DNA of 63,998 nucleotides, filler included, from Pirum gemmata (Eukaryota), in the NCBI GenBank assembly GCA_002812295.1. It is 30 parts of 30 records of this genome, joined end to end, with 100 filler letters (N's around TTAATTAATTAA, not from the genome) between each part and the next. Parts side by side here need not be neighbours in the genome. Positions count along the whole stretch, not along the records: positions 38,863 to 40,835 come from PDIN01009519.1; positions 40,936 to 42,912 come from PDIN01009520.1; positions 43,013 to 44,920 come from PDIN01009521.1; positions 45,021 to 47,015 come from PDIN01009522.1; positions 47,116 to 49,050 come from PDIN01009523.1; positions 49,151 to 51,145 come from PDIN01009524.1; positions 51,246 to 53,220 come from PDIN01009525.1; 23 more parts are not named here. One strand, 5' to 3'. A program made the position numbers and the translations under genes. How positions within the stretch are numbered: the stretch's first letter is position 1; each line of letters starts with the position of its first letter. Under the pieces are notes generated by a model. That model made no database searches and had not been told where the DNA came from. It worked only from the letters and a program-made list of their open reading frames with translations. Positions 39,193 through 52,739 of this stretch are shown here, in pieces.

Positions 39193-41008
39193 CAATTCTC
39201 TTGTGGCTACACCGAAAATAGTTATTTAAATCTTTGGAATAAAGGCACAGATTTTAATAATTTCACTTTATACACCATTAATTCTGTTACTTTATTAAAT
39301 AAACCTGGTGTAAATTCGACTCGTTATTGGATATTTGGCATCTCACTTAAAATTGGGCTGGTGGCTTGGGTGCTAATATTTCTTCTGTAATAAATAAACT
39401 TAAGGTTACAGTTACTTCTCACACCTACTAATATACCACCGGTAATAAATACAAACCCGAAATCAATAAAATCAAACACTAATTTTCCTTCCCCTGTTTC
39501 AATTATAATTAAGTAAATAAAAATGATATAAATTATTTTGATTGTAATTTCTGTAATGTCAATTATTATTACGGTAATGATTTTCTTTACTTTAAAAAAA
39601 CCAAAAATAAATAAAATAGTTGTCGTAATGCGGTTTTCGATAAGCTAGGATTTCAAGGTAATATTGCCCCAACCTCTACGTCTGATTATATAATTGTGAA
39701 AAATTTAAGCCTAAAGGTCTTTATAAAATTGGAAGAAGGTAGGATTATGTTAATTAATAATAAAGCTTTACATGATGACCCTTAATGTCTATGTATTATT
39801 TATCGATGATTGACAATATTTCCGAAATTATTCTCAACAATTTACCATGTCTATGTATTATTTATCGATGATTGACAATATTTCCGAAATTATTCTCAAC
39901 AGTTTACCATTTTCTCTACCGAGATTTCTCCTATTCTTTTCCGAACTCACATCAGAACAGGCGAATTTAACGTTACCAAAATTGAAATGAACAAATTTTA
40001 TTTTGGGAGATATACCACTTTATCATCAATTGTAATGACAACCAAAGCAATTTTAAACACACCACCTTTATAAATAATACAACGATACCTTTCTTTTCTT
40101 CTTTACGCATAACAATTGCAGATTTAGTAAATGTTAATGGTAATTATTTTCTTGTACGAAGACAAGGACCTGGTATTGACATAATTTTTGAATACCGAAA
40201 CGATCATAATTGTTATTTTTTGAAATTATATATAACCAATAATATTTACGTGACTCGTTACCATTTCCATCTAGATTTTATGGAAGAACAACAAAAAATT
40301 CATTATCGCTACGCTAGTGAAACTACCTTTTCTATTCCGAAGCAGCAAAGGTATGAATTAATGAAAACCGAAGGTTTTTTAAATAATACGTTACAAAAAC
40401 AGGTTATTTTCCCCATTCAAGCAAAATCAACTTCGTGGACTCCTGTCAATATTATAAATACACCGTTATCAAAATGTGTTTCGCGTAATTTGCTACGAGA
40501 ACTTTTAAATGTCCTATTGCTAAAACAATTCGTAGTTGTAAACATTCTCCGGGTAATAAAATCATTGACTTTTATGGTTCAATAAATTGACCTTCTTTAC
40601 TTTTCTTTTAACGATTGTACTGTTGATAAGGCCGGTAAAATCATAAGAAATATATCAATACCATTGCCATTGCCATTAATCATTATCAATTGCACTGTTG
40701 TGTTATGTTCATTGTTGCTTTTTACACATTAGAAGAGGAATCGATGTCATTATGATTACATATTGCGTGTATCATAAATCAATAAATTCATATAAGTAAA
40801 AGCAAGTATGTTTTTATTATTATTATTATTATTATNNNNNNNNNNNNNNNNNNNNNNNNNNNNNNNNNNNNNNNNNNNNTTAATTAATTAANNNNNNNNN
40901 NNNNNNNNNNNNNNNNNNNNNNNNNNNNNNNNNNNTGATAATGATATTAATGATAATAGTAATGATAATAATGATGATGATTAGAATAAATAATAAAGAT
41001 CTGTGATC

Positions 41009-41042
<34 letters not shown>

Positions 41043-41064
41043 TATTATTAATAATAATGATATC

Positions 41065-41104
<40 letters not shown>

Positions 41105-42160
41105 TTACTAGCTATCGATATCGATAGTCTATCATAATATAGCTGCCTATATAGCTGCCTAGACTGCATATAGCTGCCTATATAGCTGCATATAGACTAC
41201 CTCATACCAGCATTAGACTATAGTCTACTTACTCTATCACTCAGTCTACTTTTATAGTCCGACTTATAGTCTACTTAGACTTAGACTAGCTATCGATATC
41301 GATAGTCTATCATAATATAGCTGCCTATATAGCTGCATATACTGCATATAGCTGCCTATACAGCTGCCTATAGACTACCTCATACCTCATAATAGACTTC
41401 TATACCGCAGTAATAAATACCAAAATCAAATTTATTTGATACAATTTAATTAATTTGGCGTTTTTAATAATTTATATTTCAATTTAAAATGGCCACGTTT
41501 ATAAACTTAAAAGTACCAAATAAATAATCTAAGTAAATGTCTCACCAAGAGCATCGATATAGTGACGTCATAAACACTGGTGATGTTTTATATAGTTAAC
41601 TTTTATGACGTCATAAACATTTGGTGACGTCATATACGGTTTAACATATGTGACGTCATAAACACTTGTTGATGTTATATACGGTTTAACGTTTGTGACG
41701 TCACATGTGGGTTTGGCTCAGGGGTGGGGGAGGGAGTCCTAGCCCTAACCCTAACCCTAACCCTAACCCTAGCTAGCTAGCTAGGTCTGCATCCACTCTG
41801 GAAAGTAGCCTGTGTGAAGGTAGGCGAAAAAAAATTACAAATATCAAGTATGACGTCATTTTACCTAATGGGTCTTCCATGAGGAGAGGAGACTTAATTT
41901 TTTTTTTGTTGTTTTCATTATTAAGTTTTTTTTTTTTTCAGTATTTTGGTATATTTATATTCAAAAATTGGTACTTTTTAGAAACAAAAATAATCGATAA
42001 AACATGCCAAAATAATTCAATTATTACTAATGGAAAATAATTTGGTAGATTTTATTTCAATGGAATTCTACACGATATTAAAAAAAATTGAAATGTTTGA
42101 AGTTGGAATCATATAGTCTATATATTATGATAATATATTAAAACCACAAATCATCATCAA

Positions 42161-42216
<56 letters not shown>

Positions 42217-42705
42217 CAAATACAATTACAGCAACTACCAACACCATTACCACCAACATAAGCATAGCATAATAAGCATAAGTATAAGCATAAGCATTAT
42301 CATTAGCATTAGCATTAGCATTAGCATAAGCATAAGCATAAGGATTGCCATTACCATTGCCATTACCTTTACCATTACCATTTCCATTACCATTACAATT
42401 ACCATAACCGTTGCAATAACCATAACCATAACCATAATTATTACCATAACGATAACGATAACTATAACCATAACCATAGCCATAGCCATAACCATAACCA
42501 TACTCATACCCATACTCATACTCATAAACATAGTCATAAAGATAAAACATAAAATAAAATAAAATAAACATAAACATAAACATAAACATAAACATAAACA
42601 TAAACATAACCGTAACACAAATCTCGCACATTTATTTTGTTATTAATGAAACTTTAATTTTAATTAGTTGTTTATATTTAAATCATAATAAGAATAAAAA
42701 TCAAC

Positions 42706-42738
<33 letters not shown>

Positions 42739-42744
42739 TAAAAA

Positions 42745-42881
42745 ATGAATATATTAAGAAGGTCTACTCTTCTTGCTAACATAATTAGAACTGCAAAACC
42801 TATTAGTAATAATGTAAAGAATATAACACCTAGTCATTTGAGAAACAACGTAGTCCCTAGTTTTACAAATACCCCAGTAAG
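42745..42881 (+). CDS. First exon encoding a probable mitochondrial targeting presequence
   Basis: AAAAATG start; MNILRRSTLLANIIRTAKPISNNVKNITPSHLRNNVVPSFTNTPV-AG|GTAAAT. Rich in R/S/T/K with no acidic residues. Confidence 0.6.
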
Positions 42882-43811
42882 GTAAATTAAAGTATTATTA
42901 TTATTATTATTANNNNNNNNNNNNNNNNNNNNNNNNNNNNNNNNNNNNNNNNNNNNTTAATTAATTAANNNNNNNNNNNNNNNNNNNNNNNNNNNNNNNN
43001 NNNNNNNNNNNNTATGGTTATGGTTATGGTTATGGTTATGGTTATGTTATGGTTATGGTTATGGTTATGGTTAATTAAGACTATGGTTATGGTTAGGGTA
43101 TTAATATGATTATGATTATTACAAAGCAAAAGCCATTGCTTTAAATGTTGTTAATAATTGTTACTAATTTATCCCTTCTTCAGGGTATGGTTATGGTTAT
43201 GGTTATGGTTATGGTTATGGTTATGGTTATGGTTATGGTTATGGTTATGGTTGTTACAATATTATTTTAATACGCCAAAACCAAAACCAAAACTAAAAAA
43301 CAAAACTAATATATAATATAATAATTTAATAACAATGAATACTAGTAATGATTAGGAAGTAAATAAATAAATTATAGCAAATAAATAATAAATAATTTAA
43401 ATTTTGCTGGTTTTATTTAAAAAGTGGCAAATCTTTATTATTTGGTATCATATTTATTTTGTTAGTTTTTATTTTTATTATTCAATTTTATATTTTATTA
43501 TATTTTATTATTCATTGTTTTTTCGCATTTTATTATCTTTTCTTTTATTATTGTTATCATTTTATTATCTTTTCTTTTATTATTGTTATCATTTTTTTTT
43601 TTTATCATTATATTTTTTTGTTTTTTCTTTGTATTTTTTTTACTAATATATAATAAAAAGAGTATAAAAAGTCCCATCTTTTTTTATATATACGTTTGAA
43701 AATTTCAAATCTATTAAATACCTATGTTCGAAAACTCAAAAGTCAGACGTTTTTACATTGTTTATGGTATTTATGGTATTTATTTTGATATTTTTGTAGT
43801 GGTAGTCTACT

Positions 43812-44032
43812 AGTAGGGGTGAGATATCTACTGGAACTTTTTTCGAACAGATGCTTATCGAGCCACCCTTAGTTCCGTGTTTTTACTAATAATAGCATTT
43901 AAATAGCTTAAAATAGTAAATCTAATTATAGTAGATACCAATCAAAGTAATAATATTAACATTAATAGTAATAAAANNNNNNNNNNNNGCAGCTGTTCGG
44001 TAATAATAAAATGACGTCATCTCACCCCTACT
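43812..44032 (+). mobile_element. MITE family D copy (internal gap)
   Basis: AGTAGGGGTGAGAT...ATCTCACCCCTACT, same family as 52509 and 63135. Flanks do not form a TSD. Confidence 0.75.
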
Positions 44033-44177
44033 GGTAGACTTGTTAAGTAGTTTTGTAAAGTTTTTGTAACTTGTTTAAAAAAATGCCAAATTTTTGAAAT
44101 ACCATATCATAGAAAAACACGATAGTCTAGAAAGAGCTATAGAAAGAGTATAGAAAGAGATAGAAAAATTTAATGAT

Positions 44178-44240
<63 letters not shown>

Positions 44241-44308
44241 TTTTATCTATTTTATCTATTTAATTATTTTATTATTTTATTATTTTATTATTTTATTCAA
44301 GTTAAAAC

Positions 44309-44410
44309 ATGGATTGTAAGACTACAGCTCTTATCGTTGTTGACATGCAATATGATTTTCTTCCACCAGACGGTTCTTTACAAGTAGCTGGAGGATTGGA
44401 CATAGTCAAA
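44309..44410 (+). CDS. PNC1: Nicotinamidase (isochorismatase family), first coding exon
   Basis: MDCKTTALIVVDMQYDFLPPDGSLQVAGGLDIVK|GTTTGT. Matches the ALIVVDxQxDF.PP.GSL.V..G motif. Confidence 0.85.
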
Positions 44411-45020
44411 GTTTGTGTTATATTATTATTAGTATTATTAGTGATAACAATGATAGTAACATTAATTAAAATCAAAATCACAACAGCAACCATAATAATA
44501 ACAATAGTTATAGCTATAACTACAAGCATAACGATAACGATAGCAATATCGATAATGATAACACTACCAATAACAATAACAATAACAACAATAATAACAA
44601 TAACAATAACAATAACGATAACCATAACCATAACCATAACCATAACCGCAAACTTAACCATAAACTTTAACTTAACTATAACCATAACAATAAATATAAT
44701 ATTGAACATAACTATCACCATGGCCATGATCACAGCCATAACCATAACCATAACCATAACCATAACCATAACCATAACCATAACCATAACCATAACCATA
44801 ACCATAACCATAACCATAACCATAAAACCACAACCACAACCACAACCACAACCACAACCATAACCATAACCATAACCATAACCATAACCATAACCATAAC
44901 CATAACCATAACCATAACCANNNNNNNNNNNNNNNNNNNNNNNNNNNNNNNNNNNNNNNNNNNNTTAATTAATTAANNNNNNNNNNNNNNNNNNNNNNNN
45001 NNNNNNNNNNNNNNNNNNNN

Positions 45021-45304
45021 ACATGAACAACATGAACAACATGAACAACATGAACAACATGAACAACATGAACAACATGAACAACATGAACAACATGAAC
45101 ATGAACAACATGAACATGAACCACAGCATGAACCACAACATGAACCATAACAGCGACAGCAACAATATTAACAACGATATGAGCAGCAACAATATTAACA
45201 ACAACAACAACAACAATAATAATAATAATAATAATAATAATACTATAAATAATAATAATAACAGCAACAACAGTGGTAATAATGCAAATAACAATAAAAA
45301 TAGC

Positions 45305-45336
<32 letters not shown>

Positions 45337-46225
45337 CTGTAATAATATGAACAACAACAACAATAACAGCAACAGCAACAGCAACAATACTTACAATAAT
45401 GATGTGTGCAATGATCAGAACAATAGTAACATTGTTGACAATAGTAGAATAAACTATATGGAAACAAACTTTGGCAATGGGAATTACAACAGCCATATAG
45501 CTGCCACCAATTTTGGCTCGATAAACAACAGTAATCCAAATCCCGCCTTGATCAATTCAACTTCCTTCACCACTGATTACAATACAGATGGTGAAAATAT
45601 TAATGTGGCCGTATTTAATAATTGCAGTAGTGATACTGATAGTAATATGAACAATGGTAATGATATGATGGCCCAGATTAAAAGATGTAAATCTGTTCCC
45701 GCTATTTCAAACATGATTGACGGTATAGCGGAAATGGCTCTTGATAAAAACAGAGGTAGTAATGATAACGTTATTTATAATAGCGGAAGTGTATTGTTAG
45801 ATGGGTTCCTGTTACACGATCCAAATAACCCAAGAGAGCCTCAACTTCAACCATTTCAACAACCACCATTACCACCACCACCACCACCACCACGAACACC
45901 CCCACAACAACAACAACAACAACAACAACAGACACGAATAAAACAAGAGTCCCAACTTCAAACATTTCAACAACAGCAGCAACAACAACAACAACAACAA
46001 CAACAAGCGCGAATAAAGCAAGAGCCACAAATTATGAGCGAGCCAAAGGTTGACTTCCTACAACATTCACAATCACAACCAGAAATAATGGCTGCGCAAT
46101 TTCCAATACAGCAACAACAATTTACAACCGTAGCAGCAGTGAATGGACAATCGTTTACCCATTTATATCAAAATGACAATGATAATTTTAGACAGTATAC
46201 TGCGCTTTCAGATATATATATGTAA
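45021..46225 (+). CDS. Terminal exon of an Asn/Gln/Pro-rich intrinsically disordered protein (regulator-like), 5'-truncated
   Basis: 400-aa open frame with complex segments, two IKQE motifs and RCKSVP. Confidence 0.7.
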
Positions 46226-47230
46226 TTGTTGTCCTTTTTTTTTAAATACGGTAAGTATAGGATCATTTGAATATTTGTAATATGGAGAATGATTTTATTA
46301 AAAAGATAAAAAATTCAAGTTAACATTCTTATAGTTATATATATATAGACGTTAATTTGATTATTTGCATTGAATGCAAATAATCAAATTAACGTCTATA
46401 TACATATATATTCAATTATTTTTTAAAAAATTGGTTTTGGTTTTATGGTGTTTGCTTAATAACAAGTGAATAAATCAACAGTGACGGGTGAGAAAAAGGA
46501 TCATTTGAATATTTGTAATATGGAGAATGTCCATACTTTAAAAAAAAGACCAAAATTAAATTAAGATTTTATTAAAAAGATAAAAAATTCAAATTAACAT
46601 ATTTAAAAAATTGGTTTTGGTTTTTTGGTGTTTGCTTAATAACAAGGAGTAAATCAACAGTGACGGGTGAGAAAAAGAAATGTACGAAAAGTCAATTACA
46701 AAGGAAACACACCACAGAACCCACAGACACACACAGACACACACAGACACACAGACACACACAGACATACACATAGACACATAAACACACAGACAAAAGA
46801 CATGCACAGACACATAGACACACACAAGACACAAGACACACACAAGACACAAGACACACACAAGACACAAGACACAAGACACACACAAGACACACACAAG
46901 ACACACACAAGACACAAGACACAAGACACAAGACACAAGACACAAGACATAAGACACAAGACACAAGACACAAGACACAAGACACAAGACACAAGACACA
47001 AGACACAAGACACAANNNNNNNNNNNNNNNNNNNNNNNNNNNNNNNNNNNNNNNNNNNNTTAATTAATTAANNNNNNNNNNNNNNNNNNNNNNNNNNNNN
47101 NNNNNNNNNNNNNNNAGGGTTAGGGTTAAGGTTAAGGTTAAGGTTAAGGTTAAGGTTAGGGTTAGGGTTAGGGTTAAACCCAACAGGTTACAGATAAAAG
47201 AGGGTAAAAAGGAGGTACAAAATTTAATAC

Positions 47231-47417
47231 CAATGAAAGATAAATTTTTCATTGTTTCTTTTTCCACACAATCACTTTCACCAATTGTTCTATTCATTTT
47301 GTGAGGCAAGTAACATTTATACTGACTTGAACTCCAGATGCACTGACTTCCCCAAATCTCTTCTTCGTTTCTTATACACTCTTTCCAAATTCCAACATCT
47401 TGAAGCACATGTCTAAC
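47231..47417 (-). CDS. Exon of a conserved protist multi-TM protein of unknown function
   Basis: ATAG|VRHVLQDVGIWKEC...WSSSQYKC...CVEKETMKNLSFI-G|GTATTA. Joins 48744 in phase 0 (ADL-VRHVLQD). Confidence 0.75.
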
Positions 47418-48743
47418 CTATAGTATATAATATAAAATTTGTTTTACAAATTTTTTTAAAATATAATAATTTATATATTTATTAATAATTATATTATATT
47501 GCTCTTTTTATTTATTTTGTCCCTCTAAATATTTATTGGGGGGGGGGTGATACTCTTTACATTGACATTTTCAAATCAATATACAAATAATAAAATATTC
47601 CAAATTAAATTAAATTGATTTATATTGTATTAATTTAAAATTTGGTACTCTTTTTTGTGTATATTTTATGATGACAAAATAACTGAAACGTAGGATAGTC
47701 CATAGCAATGCTATTTATTTTGTGATTTCGTTTTATTATGCTTTCCAATTTATTTTGTCACTCTCAATATTTATTTGGTGGGTTACAAATTGTATTTGGT
47801 GGGTTATAAATCATTGACATTGTTTTAAAATTGAATAAATAGATAATAAAATATACCGAATTAGGGTTAGGGTTAGGGTTAGGGTTAGGGTTTTTATTAT
47901 TGTATGACAAAATAACTGAAAAGCACTAATTATATAGCAATGTTATTTACTAGATGTTATTTATTTTGGGATTTCGTTTTATTATGTTTTCTATTTATTT
48001 TATCACTCTGAATATTTATTTGGTGGATTATACACATTATAACTTTTAAATCGACTTTTATTAAAAATGAATAAATAGATAAATAAATATGCCGAATTAA
48101 TTAAATTAAATGGATTTGTATTGAATTAATTTGGTATTCGTTATTGTATGACAAAATAACTGAAAACCATTATATTGTATATATCATAATATTATATAGT
48201 AAAGAGTTTTTATTGTTATTATTATTATTGATAGTAGACTAGGAATTGTAACTTCTTTTTCGAGCTGTATTAATAGTAGTTGATTTTATCACTCTGAATA
48301 TTTATTTGGAGGGTTATAAACTTTAAAATTGACATTTTTTAAATGAATAAATAGATAGTAAAATATATCAAAATAAATTATATGGATTTATATTGTATTA
48401 ATTTGGTATTAGTTATTGTATTACAAAATAACTGAAAAGCACTAGTCTATATTATACTAATGATCAATGTATGCATTATAATAATATTATTATATTTAAT
48501 AACTATTTAATTGTAGTACAGTATTATTATTATTAATTAATTATCGTTATTTGTTATTAATTAGTAGTAACTTCGAATTCTTAATTGATTTGTCACTCTG
48601 AATATTTATTTGGAGAGTTATAAACTTTAAAATTGACATTTTTAAAATGAATAAATAGCTAATAAAATATACCAAATTAAAATTAAATGGATTTTATTTT
48701 ATTAATTTGGTACTCGATCATCATTGCAATATAATTATCTTAC

Positions 48744-48907
48744 CAAATCGGCACAGATGAATGGAAGAGCTATACAGACGAGAATCAATGGCCCATAGAT
48801 TTTGAATTTTGAATTGTAAAAAGTTTTTCTTTTTCTTGTTTGCCAGCCCACAAATATACAAACTAGCAATAACATGACGAACGTAATTCCAAGTGCTAAA
48901 TAATGCC
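48744..48907 (-). CDS. Upstream exon of the same TM protein
   Basis: AAG|GG-HYLALGITFVMLLLVCIFVGWQTRKRK...YGPLILVCIALPFICADL|GTAAGA. Two TM segments. Confidence 0.75.
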
Positions 48908-51900
48908 CTTTAGAACATTAAATTGAATTAAATATACGTAAGTAGTAGGTAGTGCTATAGTAGTACAACTAGTAGTAGTAGTGCTAGCGCTATACTAGTA
49001 TAAAGTATATTATAGTGGTAGTAGTAGTGGTAGTAGTAGTAGTAGTAGTANNNNNNNNNNNNNNNNNNNNNNNNNNNNNNNNNNNNNNNNNNNNTTAATT
49101 AATTAANNNNNNNNNNNNNNNNNNNNNNNNNNNNNNNNNNNNNNNNNNNNATTATTATTATTAATTATTAATTATTATTATTATTAGTATAACCCTAGCC
49201 AATTATTAGTAATACATGTTTAATTATGAATAGCAATATAATAACGTTTAGTATACTAGTGTTTTTTTTATTATTAGTTAGCTATAATGTGTATTTATTT
49301 TTTTGAAGCTTGCTAATTATAATTATAACAAAAATACGTCATTGAAGGTCCCGAACATTTTAATATAATATTATAATATTTAGTGGTTTATAGAACTATA
49401 AATTCACAATTTTAACGTAAAAATGGATAATAATACATAATGTATATAATATATTAATACCAATTTATATTCTTAATACGTCGTTGGAAACCAAACATTA
49501 TTATTTTTTATTAATTAACTATAATTATTAAGTATAATAAACATAATAATACATAATATATATAATACACCAATTTATATTCTTAAAATACATCCTTGGA
49601 AACCAACCATTATTATTTTTTATTAATTAAAACTATAATTAATAAACATATTATGCCATAAACCATAACCGTAACAAAAATACGTCATTGAAGGTCCCAA
49701 ACAGTATTTATAGACTTTAAATTAACCCTTTTTGTTTAAAAATTAAAAATGGATAATTATAATAATATATTTATAATATTATGTAGACTGCGACAAAAGT
49801 GTAAAATTGTACAAATACTGGCAGTATTCGCCCATTTAGTCGTGGTTTCTAAACTTTAATTAAATAATTATTATAACACTTTTTTAAATTATTAAAAAAA
49901 TTTAATGGATAATAATATATTATTATAATAATATTATAGACACTTTGTGTTAATTTCTGGTCAAATACCTACCACCTTTTATTATAATTAATAATTTTAT
50001 TGTTGTGATTAGGGAGGGTTCAAATACCCCTACCTACCTACCCCTCGATGTTAATTTCCAGTCAAATACCATCTACCTACCTACCCCTCGACGTGACGTA
50101 TTATTTTTTAAAAAGTATTATTATAATAATAATTATTTTATTATCGTGATAAGGATTTTATTATCGTGATTAGGGAGCGTTCAAATACCCCTACCTACCT
50201 ACCCCTCGACGTTAATTTACGGTCAAATACCACCTACCTACCTACCCCTTGACGTGGTTTCTTAGCTGTTTGGTTTGTTTATTACTTTATTTGTTATGGT
50301 GTTTCTATTGGTCGGACGGTTGGCGCAACTGTTCTCTACTAGCAGAAATTCAGAGTAAACTCGAATTTCTACTGTCGAAAAAAAATTCGAAATTCAGTCT
50401 TGTTCGAAAAATATTTTCAATTTTTTCGGGTTTGTAAATAAATAAATATACTCGAATACTTAATTGTTGGATTAAAATTTTCGAACTTATGGATTAATGT
50501 ATAGGCTGGAAAACTCGATTTTTAAACTGAACAGAACTGGACACAAATTCTGTACAATGATAGGCACACTGACTGCAGAAAACTTACACGAAATTCAAAG
50601 AAAAATAATATTATTGTCATTCAATTTATTTTTAAAAACAACTAACTTTTAATATTTGTTTTTCTCATAATAATCAATATAAAATATATTTTTTTATTTA
50701 GGAAAATTGTTGGTTTTTTTTTGCTGTAGTGCTAAAAAAAATTTGCACAAAAATCTACACGAATTTCGAAATTATTCAAAAAAAAATATGTCATTCAGTT
50801 TATTAAAAAACAACTAACTTTTCCCTACTATTATCATAATGATAAATACAAAGTCTCTATAGAAAATTGTTGGTTTTTTTTAACATTTTTGAATACAAAA
50901 TGAATAAAAATGCAAAGATGAAGTTATTAAAAAACAACCATCTTCTTGATTACTTATAATAGATTATTAAATAATAAAAATATGTTCTTTTTTGTATTAA
51001 AGTTTGCCTTTATTAGCTGAAATGAAGAACTAAAAAATTAACTGTTTTTAGACTGTTTTTAGCCACTCCGCTTGACTATTTTTCAACTCCAGTCCAACAA
51101 TCCCAAACACTATCTAATACAATATAATATTATTATTATAAAAATNNNNNNNNNNNNNNNNNNNNNNNNNNNNNNNNNNNNNNNNNNNNTTAATTAATTA
51201 ANNNNNNNNNNNNNNNNNNNNNNNNNNNNNNNNNNNNNNNNNNNNAAACTTTTTTTGGAGCTTTTATAATGGTTTTATATAATTCTTTTCATTTATTTTA
51301 TCACTCCAAATATTTATTTGGTTGGTTATAATATTTAACTTGACATTATTAAATAAATAAATAGATAATAAAGCATACCAATTTAAATGAAATGGATTCA
51401 TATTGTATTAATTTGGTACTCTTTATTGTATATTTTATGACGACAAAAAAACTGAAAAAGCACGATAAATAGTCTACAAATAAATATTATGATATCTATA
51501 AAATGCATTTTTTTTTTTTTTTTTTTGACTTATTATATTTAAAATCATATTATTTTTATAAATAAGAAAAAGAGTAGAAAAACTGTAGAAAATCACCTAT
51601 AGACTATCACAGCCAAGTGCGTAGTGAGAAAAAGAGTAAATCCCCCAGACTGGCCGGCCCCCTACTAAGGAAGCATTCAAATACCCCTACCTACCTACTC
51701 CTTGACGTTAATGTTTGGTCAAATACCACCTATCTACCTACCCCTTGACGTGACGTATTAGTCTTTTATTTATAAATAAATTATTATTATATAGTTATCC
51801 TGGTTTTCATTTATTTTGTCACTTTGGTTGCTTATTTGGTACTTTTACATTTATAAATGTAGTTAGTTTAAATGATAACATAAATTACTAATCATACCAA

Positions 51901-52508
51901 ATTGATTAAATTGTATCAAAAAGATTCTATATAGAGTTAATTAGGTACTTATTACTATACATTTTATTATGACAAAACAACTGAAAAGTACGATATATAT
52001 AGACTAATAATCCTCTAATAATATATAATATATGAGCTAATATATGGTATTTATAATTATATATTAAAATAATAAATAATTTATATATCATGATTATTAT
52101 TATATGTATATATTTTTTTTTAAAAAAAACAGTTAAGCCACGTAAAAACTGTAGCAATCATTTTTTTTAAAACTTTTTTTTCTAAAAACCTTTAGGTCTA
52201 ACTACTAGCCAAATTATTTTTAAAAACTAGCAATTAGCTCTAAATGGAGCTTTTTTAGTTTTAAGAAGATTTCTCAAAATTGGATAAATGCACGAAAAAG
52301 TTTTTTAACATTATAGACTAGTATTAGTATTATCTTAAAATTTAATTAAAAAAAAATTATTATTATCATAGCTAATCTAATTAAGATTACGTCATTTTCA
52401 ACTTCCCCCTCCAAAAAGGCTTATTCTTTTTTTAATTGGTTAGAAACACAACCACTCTCATGCGATCATTTGTGATGACCATTTTGTAATTTGTATTTGT
52501 AATTTGAG

Positions 52509-52739
52509 AGTAGGGGTGAGATATCTACTGGAACTTTTTTCGAACATGATTATCGAGCCAACCTTAGTTCCGTGTTTCTTACTAATAATAGCAGTCCAAT
52601 AGCTTAAAAAAGAGTAAATCTAATTATAGTGGATACCAATTAAAGTAATAATATTAGCATTAATAGTAATAAAACCATAAATCGAAAAAGTTCTGGCAGC
52701 TATTCGGTAATAATAAAATGACGTCATCTCACCCCTACT
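52509..52739 (+). mobile_element. MITE family D, 8-bp TSD
   Basis: TIR AGTAGGGGTGAGAT. TSD AATTTGAG at 52501-52508 and 52740-52747. Confidence 0.9.
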
